This document shows, piece by piece, positions 38,173-47,935 of a DNA stretch of 64,000 nucleotides. The DNA is from Bdellovibrio sp. (GTDB lineage Bacteria > Bdellovibrionota > Bdellovibrionia > Bdellovibrionales > Bdellovibrionaceae), in assembly GCA_036676395.1 (NCBI GenBank), contig JAKFCY010000002.1, positions 2,496,001-2,560,000 on the forward strand, read 5' to 3'. The notes beneath the pieces were generated by a model, which made no database searches, was not told the origin of the DNA, and was given only the letters and a program-made list of their open reading frames with translations. The translations under genes and the position numbers were made by a program. How positions within the stretch are numbered: position 1 is the stretch's first letter; the number at the start of each line of letters is the position of its first letter.

Positions 38173-38557
38173 TGAAAACACCCTTTTTGAAGTTTTAGGC
38201 GGCAAAAAAACGATCGAAAAAATTGTAGATCGTTTTTACTATTTCATGGACACGTTGCCAGAAGCCAAAGACATTCGCGATCAACATGCGAAAGATTTAA
38301 CAGAGGCTAAAGAAAAATTAGTGATGTTTTTAACAGGTTGGTCAGGTGGACCGCAGCTATATATCGAAAAGCACGGTCACCCCAGATTACGCATGCGCCA
38401 CATGCCTTTTAAAATTGGCGAAAAAGAACGTGATCAATGGCTTCATTGTATGTTCAAAGCTTTAGATGATTGCCAAATTCCAGACCCGACAAAATCTGAA
38501 CTAAAGAAAAGTTTCGCCCATATTGCAGACTTTATGCGAAACCAACAGCCTACGTAG
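38162..38557 (+). CDS. group II truncated hemoglobin
   Basis: LGG..IVDRFY, GGPQLY, GHPRLRMRHMPF, ERDQWL. Confidence 0.92.
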   Translation: MTNDENTLFEVLGGKKTIEKIVDRFYYFMDTLPEAKDIRDQHAKDLTEAKEKLVMFLTGWSGGPQLYIEKHGHPRLRMRHMPFKIGEKERDQWLHCMFKALDDCQIPDPTKSELKKSFAHIADFMRNQQPT

Positions 38558-39764
38558 GGCCACCCGGCCCCATTGGCCCGCCAGGAAACGCGCCAAACTT
38601 AAAATTCATAAAATTAATTTTGGGACCCAAACGCGGCTCAAGATAAATACTTTTCTCTCCAGAAAAGCTATGCACCACTGAAAAGAAAATATAAACCCAA
38701 AATAACATCGAGATATCCATCAGAGTCGCACATAAGACCACGCTGGTCCATTTCAGCCGAGTGACTCCGGCAAATACAGCAAAAGCCCCCAAGGCTGAAC
38801 CAAGCAGAAAGCTCTCACCAAAAAACTGGGCCGTTACGGCGCCGATTCCACAACCTACTAAAACTAACGGCACAAACTCGCCACCAAAAAAACCAAGTGA
38901 TACGCAGAACAAAGTAAAAACTAATTTTAGCAGTATCATCTGCATATCTATTTCTGTCATCATCGCACCAGAACTGAACTTCTGCACTAAATCCAAACTT
39001 AGACTCTGCAACGGCCGTAATACAGGATTATAAAGTGCATAACCTATAGCTAAAGAAAACACTAAGGCCCAAACAATATTTCTCTTAGCGAAAAAGTCTG
39101 AAAGAAAAAAGTAACTTCTTTTATAAGCGCGAGAAAGATACCCGATCACTAAACCCAATAGAAAAATAAACACAAAACGTTTAAGCCAAGAATCAGCGTC
39201 AGGAATCACCACCGCTGATAGCAAATGTGGAAATTTAACAGACTGTAATATCAAAATCGAAATCCATGCCCCAAAAAATGTCCACACTTTTTGCGAAAAC
39301 TGCGTCGTGTACATTTCGACAAGAAAAATAAGCCCCACCCATTTATTACCGGTAATCGCAGCAAAGCCAATACTTGCTGCCACTGGCCCCCAGTAAGGAA
39401 GACTTAAATTAAATAATCTTGCAACACCTGTCGTCGCTAACACCACGACACCTTCACGGCCTACAGAAGCTCCGAACAGGTGACTTAAACTTGCTCCCAG
39501 AAAATGATAAAATGCTTTCCAGCGATTCCAAAAAAAATTTTTCGGCTCTGTCATTTCATTCATGTCTTTAACTTTGTACGGAAAATACAAAGTCTTCTTT
39601 TTTAACAGAACAGTTAAAATAAATAAAATTGGGAGGCCCAGAACAATTTGTGGGTACTCATGACGTAATTCTTCAGAAAAATCGATCACTGCCTGAAAGC
39701 CATAACTAATAGCTGCTGCAGCAACACCGAAAACAAGCGCTAAAAATAAATTCAACGGATTCAT
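38550..39764 (-). CDS. CLC-family anion channel/transporter (CLC-F-like)
   Basis: GASVGREG and GFFGGEFVP; many TM helices. Confidence 0.8.
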   Translation of the reverse strand: MNPLNLFLALVFGVAAAAISYGFQAVIDFSEELRHEYPQIVLGLPILFILTVLLKKKTLYFPYKVKDMNEMTEPKNFFWNRWKAFYHFLGASLSHLFGASVGREGVVVLATTGVARLFNLSLPYWGPVAASIGFAAITGNKWVGLIFLVEMYTTQFSQKVWTFFGAWISILILQSVKFPHLLSAVVIPDADSWLKRFVFIFLLGLVIGYLSRAYKRSYFFLSDFFAKRNIVWALVFSLAIGYALYNPVLRPLQSLSLDLVQKFSSGAMMTEIDMQMILLKLVFTLFCVSLGFFGGEFVPLVLVGCGIGAVTAQFFGESFLLGSALGAFAVFAGVTRLKWTSVVLCATLMDISMLFWVYIFFSVVHSFSGEKSIYLEPRLGPKINFMNFKFGAFPGGPMGPGGPT

Positions 39765-41008
39765 GTGTTCTGTTTTCTCATATTAATCATCATATAGCCA
39801 ATGACAATCCAATAGAAGCGATCAGCCATGCCACCTAATGATAAGTGCACATGATAAATAAACAAAATCGGAATATGCGTCAGCACATAAATAGCCAAAA
39901 TTTTAAACTCTGGTGGTGCCGAGCGAAGCTTTTTAAAGCTAACAGCAATCAGCCCAATAAAACCTATAAATACCAGAACAATAAAACCAAAGCCGCCAAT
40001 GACTCCGGCTGAAACTAAAATATTATGCGGATCTTTGTTGGCATTATACTGCCCGACATCAGTTTCATTAATTTCACCAAACTTAGATAATAGCCCTTGG
40101 CCAATAATCGGACTTTTAGCAAAGATTTCATAACCCCGATCAAACTCATCAAAGCGCGAAGCCACACCATCTTGAGCCGCACGCAGACCCACAGCACTTT
40201 CACCCCGCACTAACTCAAGCGCGTAGTTACTGATATTTTGACCAAAAAGTACAGTCGCAATCACTAATGCAAATGCCACCGACACTTTAATAAATTGATT
40301 GGCCGCTTTTTTTGCTGGAAAAAACAAGAACGCCAAAAAATAACTTAAGATCACCGCAAATAATGCAGAACGTGTTCCTGTAAGAATTAAAGCTGTCATA
40401 GCCACAGCTAAACTAAGTAATAAATAAATTAAGCGTGGGCGCGAATTTGATTTAGCAAAAAGCTCATAGATTAAAAATATCGAAGCTAAGGTGGCCGTCG
40501 TTACCATATACGGGATGTGCTTAAACACCCCAATAAAGCGCCCGCCTTTAAAACTTAAAGCTGGCATCGCGATCAACAGAAGCAAACTTAAATAACAAAG
40601 AACGATGCTGATTTTTTGTGTCAGGGTGATAAATTTAATAATCGATAATTCGCTGGGTATCACACGCGCAAATAACACCACGGTAAAACACGCAGAAAGC
40701 GCTGCGCTGATTTGCAACCACCAAGGGCTGATACTTTCACCTAAGACGACTTGCACGGCTGTGATCGCCAATAAGAACAAACAAAAGACAAATAAGTAGA
40801 ATTTAAAAAAACGATTTTGCAAATAGTGGTGATTGCTCTTCCAGAAAAACTTAATCACCAACACCGAACCAATTATTATGTTAAAGAAAATATTTACGAA
40901 AGGATGTAAACCCTTTTGAAAAATAAAAAAGGATTCCTGATAAGGGAATCCCGGAATAAATCCAAATGAAACTTTAGATAAAAAAATCAGCGCGATTAAA
41001 AATAGCAT
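39761..41008 (-). CDS. O-antigen ligase/polymerase family membrane protein
   Basis: LTGTRSA, PIIGQG, PHNI..GVIG; about 11 TM segments. Confidence 0.85.
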   Translation of the reverse strand: MLFLIALIFLSKVSFGFIPGFPYQESFFIFQKGLHPFVNIFFNIIIGSVLVIKFFWKSNHHYLQNRFFKFYLFVFCLFLLAITAVQVVLGESISPWWLQISAALSACFTVVLFARVIPSELSIIKFITLTQKISIVLCYLSLLLLIAMPALSFKGGRFIGVFKHIPYMVTTATLASIFLIYELFAKSNSRPRLIYLLLSLAVAMTALILTGTRSALFAVILSYFLAFLFFPAKKAANQFIKVSVAFALVIATVLFGQNISNYALELVRGESAVGLRAAQDGVASRFDEFDRGYEIFAKSPIIGQGLLSKFGEINETDVGQYNANKDPHNILVSAGVIGGFGFIVLVFIGFIGLIAVSFKKLRSAPPEFKILAIYVLTHIPILFIYHVHLSLGGMADRFYWIVIGYMMINMRKQNT

Positions 41009-41014
41009 GAATTC

Positions 41015-41527
41015 TTAGTCAGAGTTCTTTTCGATCAATACGCTTGTTAGGATGATGCTTGTGATTAAAGAAATAATTGTTACAGATTGCGCAATATCAC
41101 TAGAAATCCAAGGTTGTTTCTTAGGAATGTACACGAAATCATCTTGCGCCAACTTGAAAGGCTTAACTTCAGAAGTTGATTTCATCAATTTATTTAAATC
41201 AAGTTCGTACACGCCTTTTTGCGATGGATCAGTTTTACGAACTAAAACTTCAGTTAAATCTGCATCTCGTGTTCCGCCAGCCAAAGATACTAATTTTAAT
41301 AAATCAGTTTGTGCCGGAATGTAGTAGATACCTGGGTTTTCGACAGCGCCTAAGAGTTGAACGCTAATTAACGTTTCTTTTTGCGAAGAACGGTAAATAT
41401 ATTCAGCCGCGCGGGGTGGTTCTTTTATTTCAAAAAACGAATTCTGAGCCAAAGCAGTTTGGGTTTGAAAAAATATAGCTGCGATAACAACAGTAAAAAC
41501 ACGACTTCTTAACATAAGATTCACCAA
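41015..41527 (-). CDS. SLBB-domain protein (polysaccharide export associated)
   Basis: VQLLGAVENPGIY, LVSLAGG, DDFVYIP, C-terminal TM; start uncertain. Confidence 0.8.
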   Translation of the reverse strand: MVNLMLRSRVFTVVIAAIFFQTQTALAQNSFFEIKEPPRAAEYIYRSSQKETLISVQLLGAVENPGIYYIPAQTDLLKLVSLAGGTRDADLTEVLVRKTDPSQKGVYELDLNKLMKSTSEVKPFKLAQDDFVYIPKKQPWISSDIAQSVTIISLITSIILTSVLIEKNSD

Positions 41528-41641
41528 CCTTCGTCTATTCTCTGGACTTTATACTGGATTATTTAAAACCAAAACAGGACTTATGGTCAACAACTTGGTC
41601 GTTGCATAAGCTATTAGTACTGCAAGCGAGGAACACTTTAC

Positions 41642-42496
41642 ATGATCGAAACTTTGAATATCCCAGAACACGAGAAGATTTTTAACGAAATTTGTCACAA
41701 GCTGAACGAATTGTCGCAAGACGAAGACCAGAAGAGCTCAAAAGACCGCGTTGTCCAATTGGACAAAATGCAGAACCAGCTGAAAAACTTCCAAATCGAG
41801 CTAGTATCGAATCACGAAGACATGAAGCTAAAAATCGATTCATTAGAGAAGATGACAACATCAAACTCTGATCTAACTGTTAAAGTTAAAGAATTAACAG
41901 ATCTTTTGAACCAAGAAAGATCTCATAATTCAAAACTATCGACAGACTTAGCAAGATCGCTGGATTTATCTTTAAAACTTCAATTAGAGATCCAAGAAAT
42001 CAAAACTAAAGCAATCCAAGCACAAATGGATGATCGTAAACAGTACTTAGAAAATTACGAAAACATTCAATTTGATTTTCAAAAAGAAAAAGGCCGTCTT
42101 TTAGACATGAATCAAGGCCTAGCTGCTGAATCAAAACAAAAAGAAGAACAAATCGAAATGTTAAGCGGCAGAATCAATGAACTTGAAACTGGCATGACAC
42201 AAATCGAAGGCACATCGCAAGAACAAGCTGAAACGATTAAACATTTAATGACAGTGGCTGAAAACAAAATCGTCGAACTAAAACTAGAAGGCGACAGAAT
42301 CCAATCAGAACTAGATAACGTACGTGGTCAGTTTGAACAATCAAGAACACAAACAGAAATCTTAAGAAAAGAAAACACAGCTCTTAAAGATTACATCAAC
42401 AAAATGACAGCGTTCCAACAACAGATCTTCGCAGCCCAAGGCCAACAACAAACAATCCAAGGCCAAGTTCAACAAGTACAACAAGCGCAAAGATAG
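41642..42496 (+). CDS. long coiled-coil protein with Gln-rich tail
   Basis: Continuous E/K/Q/L heptads; GAGG RBS. Confidence 0.8.
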   Translation: MIETLNIPEHEKIFNEICHKLNELSQDEDQKSSKDRVVQLDKMQNQLKNFQIELVSNHEDMKLKIDSLEKMTTSNSDLTVKVKELTDLLNQERSHNSKLSTDLARSLDLSLKLQLEIQEIKTKAIQAQMDDRKQYLENYENIQFDFQKEKGRLLDMNQGLAAESKQKEEQIEMLSGRINELETGMTQIEGTSQEQAETIKHLMTVAENKIVELKLEGDRIQSELDNVRGQFEQSRTQTEILRKENTALKDYINKMTAFQQQIFAAQGQQQTIQGQVQQVQQAQR

Positions 42497-42524
42497 TTTT
42501 AAAAAAAATTAAGTTCAATTATAA

Positions 42525-42567
42525 GATCGGGGCTTTCGTCAGCAACAGACAGGACAGAGCCCCGATC
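42525..42567. terminator. hairpin between convergent genes
   Basis: GATCGGGGCT...AGCCCCGATC 10-bp arms. Confidence 0.6.
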
Positions 42568-42568
42568 G

Positions 42569-43894
42569 CTATTCAACTTTATGAAGCAACATCTTCAAAT
42601 ACTGACCTTCAGGAAACTGAATCAAACCAGGATGGTCCCATCCTAAGCCACCTTCGCAGATCAGCTGGGCTTTTTTACCAGTGCGAATAATCGATTTGCG
42701 CAATGAACTTTTAAAATCCGTCATTTGCACAGAGCCCGAACAAGAGCACGAGGCCACAACACCTTTGCTCATCACAATACGAAACGCCTGTTCATTCAAT
42801 TTCATATAGCCATGAAGGCCCGATTCCATATCTTTTTTATTTTTAACAAAGGCCGGCGGATCAGAAATAACAACGTGAAAACTATTGTCAGTAATAGTTC
42901 CAAGATCTTTAAGAACATCAGCCTTCAATACAGAAACTTTACTAGTATAGCGTTTCAAATTCTCTTTAGCTTTTTCAAGCGCAAGTTCAGAAACATCGAC
43001 TAACAACACCTGGAAAGGAATATTTTTTTGTTTTAAATAAAATGCTATCTGCGCTGACCATTGGCCCATGTAACAACACAGATCTAAAATTTTCAGAGGC
43101 TTCTCGTCAGTAAATTCTTTCACGCGAATAAGACCTTCTAAACTTTGAATCAACAAACGAATGTTATGCGTTTGATCTAAGAAAAAACCAGTTTTTTGAC
43201 CTTCAATCAAATTAACTGAGAACTTCAAAGTCTCGGTCGTATTTAAAGCCGAAGCCATCACTGAAGGGATAATAATCTGTAAATCAGTTAAAGAAATATC
43301 TTTAGGATTATAAATAATTTTAGGCTCTTCAACCTCAAGGCCTTCAAGTTTGCGAATATTCACATCATTACGTTGTAATAAAATCGTGTGCGCCCAGTCG
43401 ATATCAGAAAGTTTTTGCGAAAATAGAGCCTCAACAAGCTGTTTATAAATCGCTTCAGCTTTTTCAAAAATGCGATTCATGCCGTAAGTTAACAACTGAT
43501 ACGATAACACTTGATAACGTTCACCGTCTTTTTCAAATACGTAACGATCCATAATTAAGCCTGGTAAAGAATCGGCTTCTGAATAACAAACACGAAATGA
43601 ATCTGAAAAACCTAAATGAATACGCTTTTCCCAAGCTGTATAAAGTTTGGAACTAATAAAAGGAACTTCACCGATTTCAAAATCTTTTAATTCGTAAGTC
43701 ATCGCACGAAAGGCGATTAAAGAACTAGGGTTACCATAACCACGGGCAATAAAGTGACCTTGATAATCATGAACTTCAACTAATTCGCCAGGCGTTAGGC
43801 CGCGCGGACTATCCATCAATTCATTAGAAAACACCCACGGGTGGCGCGAACGTAAACGTTGATCAGAGCCTTTTTTTAGCTTCCAAATTCTCAT
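42569..43894 (-). CDS. RlmI-like class I SAM-dependent rRNA methyltransferase
   Basis: HPWVFSNE (PUA), EADSLPGLIMD, GQKTGFFLDQ, DPPAF, CSCS, YLK. Confidence 0.9.
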   Translation of the reverse strand: MRIWKLKKGSDQRLRSRHPWVFSNELMDSPRGLTPGELVEVHDYQGHFIARGYGNPSSLIAFRAMTYELKDFEIGEVPFISSKLYTAWEKRIHLGFSDSFRVCYSEADSLPGLIMDRYVFEKDGERYQVLSYQLLTYGMNRIFEKAEAIYKQLVEALFSQKLSDIDWAHTILLQRNDVNIRKLEGLEVEEPKIIYNPKDISLTDLQIIIPSVMASALNTTETLKFSVNLIEGQKTGFFLDQTHNIRLLIQSLEGLIRVKEFTDEKPLKILDLCCYMGQWSAQIAFYLKQKNIPFQVLLVDVSELALEKAKENLKRYTSKVSVLKADVLKDLGTITDNSFHVVISDPPAFVKNKKDMESGLHGYMKLNEQAFRIVMSKGVVASCSCSGSVQMTDFKSSLRKSIIRTGKKAQLICEGGLGWDHPGLIQFPEGQYLKMLLHKVE

Positions 43895-43949
43895 GCGGGT
43901 ATACCTTTACGTGCCTTCGGCACGATTCCTCTTATGACAGAGGCTTTAT

Positions 43950-44948
43950 TTAGTCGATTTGGTATAAAAGAAAAAGGTTATTCTCGGTCTTTGAAAAATT
44001 ATTATCATTAATGACCATAAACTGAGTCTTTTGATCATTGAGCCAGCAAATACCCTCGTAATTTAGCACTTCTTTCACATGGGCTTTAAGGGCTTTATCC
44101 TGAGCGAAGTCGTAAAAGCAGTTCTTTTTAATCGCTTGAGTTGCTGGATTCTTTTCAGCGGTACACATCTGGGCATCGTAGTTAACACCATTTAGACTTA
44201 GACTTACCCCACGTTCGATCACAATCAGACTTTGATTTTTATCATAAACAAAATCTGTAACACCCATCGCAGCGCCTAACCCATCGCCGATATATTGGGG
44301 GATGGGGTAAGACCATTCGTTTTGCACCGAAGTGCCCGAAGCAGACCCTTCAAGCATAATTAACTTAGTTGGATCTTGCACCAGCGGGCCTTCTAAAATC
44401 GCGCCCCATACACCAAGATCAGCATCTATACTTAAACCTTCAAAGCCCATATTGTTTTGCGTGCCGCGCGTTTGTAACCCTGAAGGGTTAGCAATAAATT
44501 TTGTCGGCAAAGTCACATCACTTATACGCTGACCGGTCGAATTAATCCAAAAAAGAGAAACCGGCTGACGTGGTTTTTGGCTAAGATCACCTTCACTAGA
44601 AATTAAAGTGCGATCAGCAGAGATACGCGCGATGCCTTCCATATCCAAGAAAGTTTTATTATCTACGGGCTTGGCCACACGTAACCATTTCTGGTCTTTT
44701 ATGTTTAGTTCGGCTTTTTGACTATCATAGTTTAGAACTAAAATTCTTGGATGGCCTTGATTGCCACGATCGTCAGATACAAAATAAATTTCTTCACCCA
44801 GTTTACTGCAACCTGAAAGACCACCCACGGTGAAATTTTCTAATTTAGTTTGCGCCGGAATTTGCCAAACTTTTTTAAGGGTAAATTTGGGCGCAGCCAA
44901 TACGGGAAATGAAAACAAAAACGAAATTAAGACTAAAGAAATTTTCAT
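43950..44948 (-). CDS. esterase-like activity of phytase family protein, secreted
   Basis: GGLSG, VSDDRG, DMEGI, NMGFEGL, NYEGI, INDNNF. Confidence 0.85.
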   Translation of the reverse strand: MKISLVLISFLFSFPVLAAPKFTLKKVWQIPAQTKLENFTVGGLSGCSKLGEEIYFVSDDRGNQGHPRILVLNYDSQKAELNIKDQKWLRVAKPVDNKTFLDMEGIARISADRTLISSEGDLSQKPRQPVSLFWINSTGQRISDVTLPTKFIANPSGLQTRGTQNNMGFEGLSIDADLGVWGAILEGPLVQDPTKLIMLEGSASGTSVQNEWSYPIPQYIGDGLGAAMGVTDFVYDKNQSLIVIERGVSLSLNGVNYDAQMCTAEKNPATQAIKKNCFYDFAQDKALKAHVKEVLNYEGICWLNDQKTQFMVINDNNFSKTENNLFLLYQID

Positions 44949-44953
44949 AACTT

Positions 44954-45808
44954 TTATTGTCTGCGGGCTTTGCAGGCCTGTAAAGTATTTTGCATAAGCA
45001 TAGCGATCGTTGTTACACCGACGCCACCAGGAACTGGGGATTGCGCAGATAACCACGAATCGTTTTCTATAGCTTTCACCACATCACCCGTTAGTTTATG
45101 GTCTGCACTTCTGTGAATTCCCACATCTATTACAATCGCGCCTTGTTTAAAATCTGTCGCTTTGAAGTATTCAGATTTACCGATCGCCACACAAACGATG
45201 TCGAAAGTTTTAATCTCTTGCATAAGGTTTTCAGATTTAGAATGAAACAAAGTCACTGTCGCATTTTCTTGTGTTAACAAATGTACAAGCGGAGTTCCCA
45301 CGATTTGACTGCGACCAATGACGGCAATTTTTTGACCGGCAATTTTAATATCGTAAAATTTTAAAATTTCGATGATGCCTGCTGGTGTGCAAGGTTTGAC
45401 AATCGCATCGCCCACGACCATTGAACCTATGTTTGTTTTTGTTAAACAATCGACATCTTTAAGTGGTGAGATTTTTTCTAAAGCAGTACGTTCGTGAATA
45501 TGTTTTGGCAGAGGTAGTTGCACCAAGATGCCATCCACTTTTGAATTTTTATTAAGTTCATCAATTTTTTTAAGTAATTCAGCTTCTGAGATTTTTTCAT
45601 CAAGTCTGATGACTTCTGATGAAAAGCCTAGGGCTTCACACATTCTGGCTTTATGCCCGACATAGACTTGGCTAGCGGGATCGTTTCCGACAAGAATCAC
45701 ACTTAAATGGGGAAGAGTAAGTCCTTTGGTTGGCCATGATGCGATCTCGGATTTGATATCCGCTTGGATTTTTTCACTGACCGGTTGACCCTTAAGGAGC
45801 TTCATCAT
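44954..45808 (-). CDS. folD: methylene-THF dehydrogenase/cyclohydrolase
   Basis: ASQVYV, GILVQLPLP, KDVD, PCTP, GRSQIVG, PVPGGVG. Confidence 0.96.
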   Translation of the reverse strand: MMKLLKGQPVSEKIQADIKSEIASWPTKGLTLPHLSVILVGNDPASQVYVGHKARMCEALGFSSEVIRLDEKISEAELLKKIDELNKNSKVDGILVQLPLPKHIHERTALEKISPLKDVDCLTKTNIGSMVVGDAIVKPCTPAGIIEILKFYDIKIAGQKIAVIGRSQIVGTPLVHLLTQENATVTLFHSKSENLMQEIKTFDIVCVAIGKSEYFKATDFKQGAIVIDVGIHRSADHKLTGDVVKAIENDSWLSAQSPVPGGVGVTTIAMLMQNTLQACKARRQ

Positions 45809-45952
45809 GTAGCCTCATTTCTATCGTGAGACTTAAAAGTAGCAAATATATGAGAGATTTCAAGGGGTTACAAACGGCAACACGAATAATGGTTTCTTGA
45901 CCAGAACCAAGTTTTCTACTAGATTGCGAAGTTAGACAAAAGAGGTGTGCAA

Positions 45953-46417
45953 ATGGCTGAAAAAGTTAAACTTTCTAAAGATGGTAGCTCAATTGATTTC
46001 GTTCAATCTGAAAGCTTACCGACATCATTAAAAAAATTCCGCCAATCTCCTGAAATCGAAGGTTTTTACCGTTTCATTTTTGAAAACGATTTACAAAAAG
46101 AAGCTTATGAAATTTTAGACCGTATCGTTACTGGTCGTAAAGCGGCTAAAAAAGCGCAAAAAACTGAAAGCAAAGCCGCTGCAAAACTTGAAGCTCAAGC
46201 TGTTGCTGCCCAAGAAAAACAGGCCAAAGTTGCGGCTCAAGAAAAATTAGCTGCTAAAGCTAAACCTGCTCCGGCTGCTCCAGTTAAAGCTGTTGCTAAG
46301 CCGGCAGTAAAAGCTGCTCCAGTTAAAGCCGCGGCAAAACCAGCAGCTAAACCTGTAGTAAAAGCTAAAGTAGCTGCTAAAGCTGTTCCGGTGGCAAAGA
46401 AAAAAGCTAAAAAGTAA
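45953..46417 (+). CDS. small protein with histone-H1-like Ala/Lys/Pro tail
   Basis: Globular N-terminus (KKFRQSPEIEGFYRFIFENDL) then AKPAPAAPVKAVAKP repeats; AGAGG RBS. Confidence 0.8.
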   Translation: MAEKVKLSKDGSSIDFVQSESLPTSLKKFRQSPEIEGFYRFIFENDLQKEAYEILDRIVTGRKAAKKAQKTESKAAAKLEAQAVAAQEKQAKVAAQEKLAAKAKPAPAAPVKAVAKPAVKAAPVKAAAKPAAKPVVKAKVAAKAVPVAKKKAKK

Positions 46418-46521
46418 TCCGCCAATCCGGTTATTCTCGAATAACGGATTCGATAAATTATAAAAAGGCCTTCGACTTGTTCAGGGCCTTTGCAGAAAGC
46501 CTCCTTCATGGAGGTTTTTTT

Positions 46522-46776
46522 ATGTCTAAAATTCTAAAAAATAAAAAGGGCCAAGGCCTAATCGAATATTTAATGCTCGTTGCTCTGATCGCGGTAGCAA
46601 CAATCGGTGTGGTTAAAGTTGTGGGTAATAACTTAACTAAGCAATACCAAAATGTAAATCGTGCATTGGGTGCTAAAGGCGAACAATTACAAGCAGAAAA
46701 TGCCAGCGAAGGTGCTATGGCGCAAAAAGATTTGTCGAATTTTTTAGATGGCGCAAAAACAAATAACGGTAAGTAA
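46522..46776 (+). CDS. flp: Flp/type IVb major pilin
   Basis: KKGQGLIEYLMLVALIAV prepilin cleavage site and Flp motif; GGAGG RBS. Confidence 0.88.
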   Translation: MSKILKNKKGQGLIEYLMLVALIAVATIGVVKVVGNNLTKQYQNVNRALGAKGEQLQAENASEGAMAQKDLSNFLDGAKTNNGK

Positions 46777-47104
46777 TAATAAAGGCCAAGCCCTAATTGA
46801 AGCTCTGGGTATGATGAGCATCACAGGGCTTTTTCTTTATTTATTACTGTATTGCCTTATCAAAGTGATTTTTTCGGTGGCTTTGGATGCAATAGCTGAA
46901 GATTATTTTTTCTGCGAGTTGGCCCGTAAACCCAGTTGCGAAGAGCGCTTAAAAACTCGTTTGCGCCAAAATCAAATGAAGAATGTTTCAGTCAAAATCC
47001 AAAAGCCCGGACAAAAAATTATTTTAACGATTTCAGCCACTCATTTGGCATCAATGACAATTACCCGCGAGTTTGATTATGAAAATTTTCGCCCACAGCT
47101 CTAA
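46748..47104 (+). CDS. TadE-like pseudopilin
   Basis: NKGQALIE followed by a hydrophobic helix. Confidence 0.7.
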   Translation: MAQKQITVSNNKGQALIEALGMMSITGLFLYLLLYCLIKVIFSVALDAIAEDYFFCELARKPSCEERLKTRLRQNQMKNVSVKIQKPGQKIILTISATHLASMTITREFDYENFRPQL

Positions 47105-47807
47105 AGGTTTTGCTAATCTGACGTTTGTATTTGTACTGATGTCATTTGTTAGTCTTTATCTAACCGGTACTTTCGCGATTGCACTATCACAGCAGCGCGA
47201 TTATGTGCGCAGCACCTGCGTTCTAGAGGCCACTGAGATCCAAATCTCGACCTTGGAAAATGTTCGTGCACTGTTTGCTGTTAATCCTGAATCAACTATG
47301 ATTCGCCTAGGAATCAAAACTACAAAGGCAGCGATTGCTCTTGCCCTAGTACTTGAACCGCCAGCTGTTCCCGCCTTGCAAAAAATATTAGACGGCCATT
47401 ATCAGGCGCAAAATATATTGGATGGTGTTCAAAAAGTGATACTTAATAAAGCGCGCATAGAATTACAAGCGAAACACTATGCTTTAATTGCAAAAATTAA
47501 CTCTGGGCAAAGAGAAACAGCTCATCCGTGGCGATACATGATTTCGATGTGGTTAACTTTTGCTCCCCGTTCTGCGCCCACTCTGGCGATCCGTCCGGAT
47601 TCGGAAGGCGGCGTAGGCCCGAACTACGAATGGCTAGAAAATGCTGAAACAAAACAGAGCTTGGCCTATTCTTGGAATATATACTTTAAAACGAGCGAAC
47701 AGTATCAAAGATTTTTTACATGGATGAATGTTTTAAATCTGCAATGTTCTGTCGCTCCAGATTTAAGGGGTAAAAAATGGGGCTTAAAAATCAACGCGGA
47801 CAAGTGA
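47079..47807 (+). CDS. Tad pseudopilin-like (TadG-like) protein
   Basis: SKG|FANL followed by a hydrophobic helix; lies in the pilin run. Confidence 0.55.
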   Translation: MKIFAHSSKGFANLTFVFVLMSFVSLYLTGTFAIALSQQRDYVRSTCVLEATEIQISTLENVRALFAVNPESTMIRLGIKTTKAAIALALVLEPPAVPALQKILDGHYQAQNILDGVQKVILNKARIELQAKHYALIAKINSGQRETAHPWRYMISMWLTFAPRSAPTLAIRPDSEGGVGPNYEWLENAETKQSLAYSWNIYFKTSEQYQRFFTWMNVLNLQCSVAPDLRGKKWGLKINADK

Positions 47808-47935
47808 TCGCCGAATTTGTTTTAACAATTGTGCTTTTTACAGCACTGGCAACCGCAATCATGACACTTTCTAAAAATCAGCGCGCGATGTCTGATCAGT
47901 ACAAAATTTCTAAATCTGTTAAAGGAAGTCACTAA
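47777..47935 (+). CDS. 52-aa minor pilin/pseudopilin (not in ORF track)
   Basis: MGLKNQRG|QVIAEFVLTIVLFTALATAIMTLS...; AAGGGG RBS; TAA overlaps the next ATG. Confidence 0.8.
   Translation: MGLKNQRGQVIAEFVLTIVLFTALATAIMTLSKNQRAMSDQYKISKSVKGSH

Noticed and set aside
46480..46496. TTGCA motifs (also near 28956, 41604, 52912) as sigma54 promoters
   Set aside because: No GG at the -24 position with the required spacing
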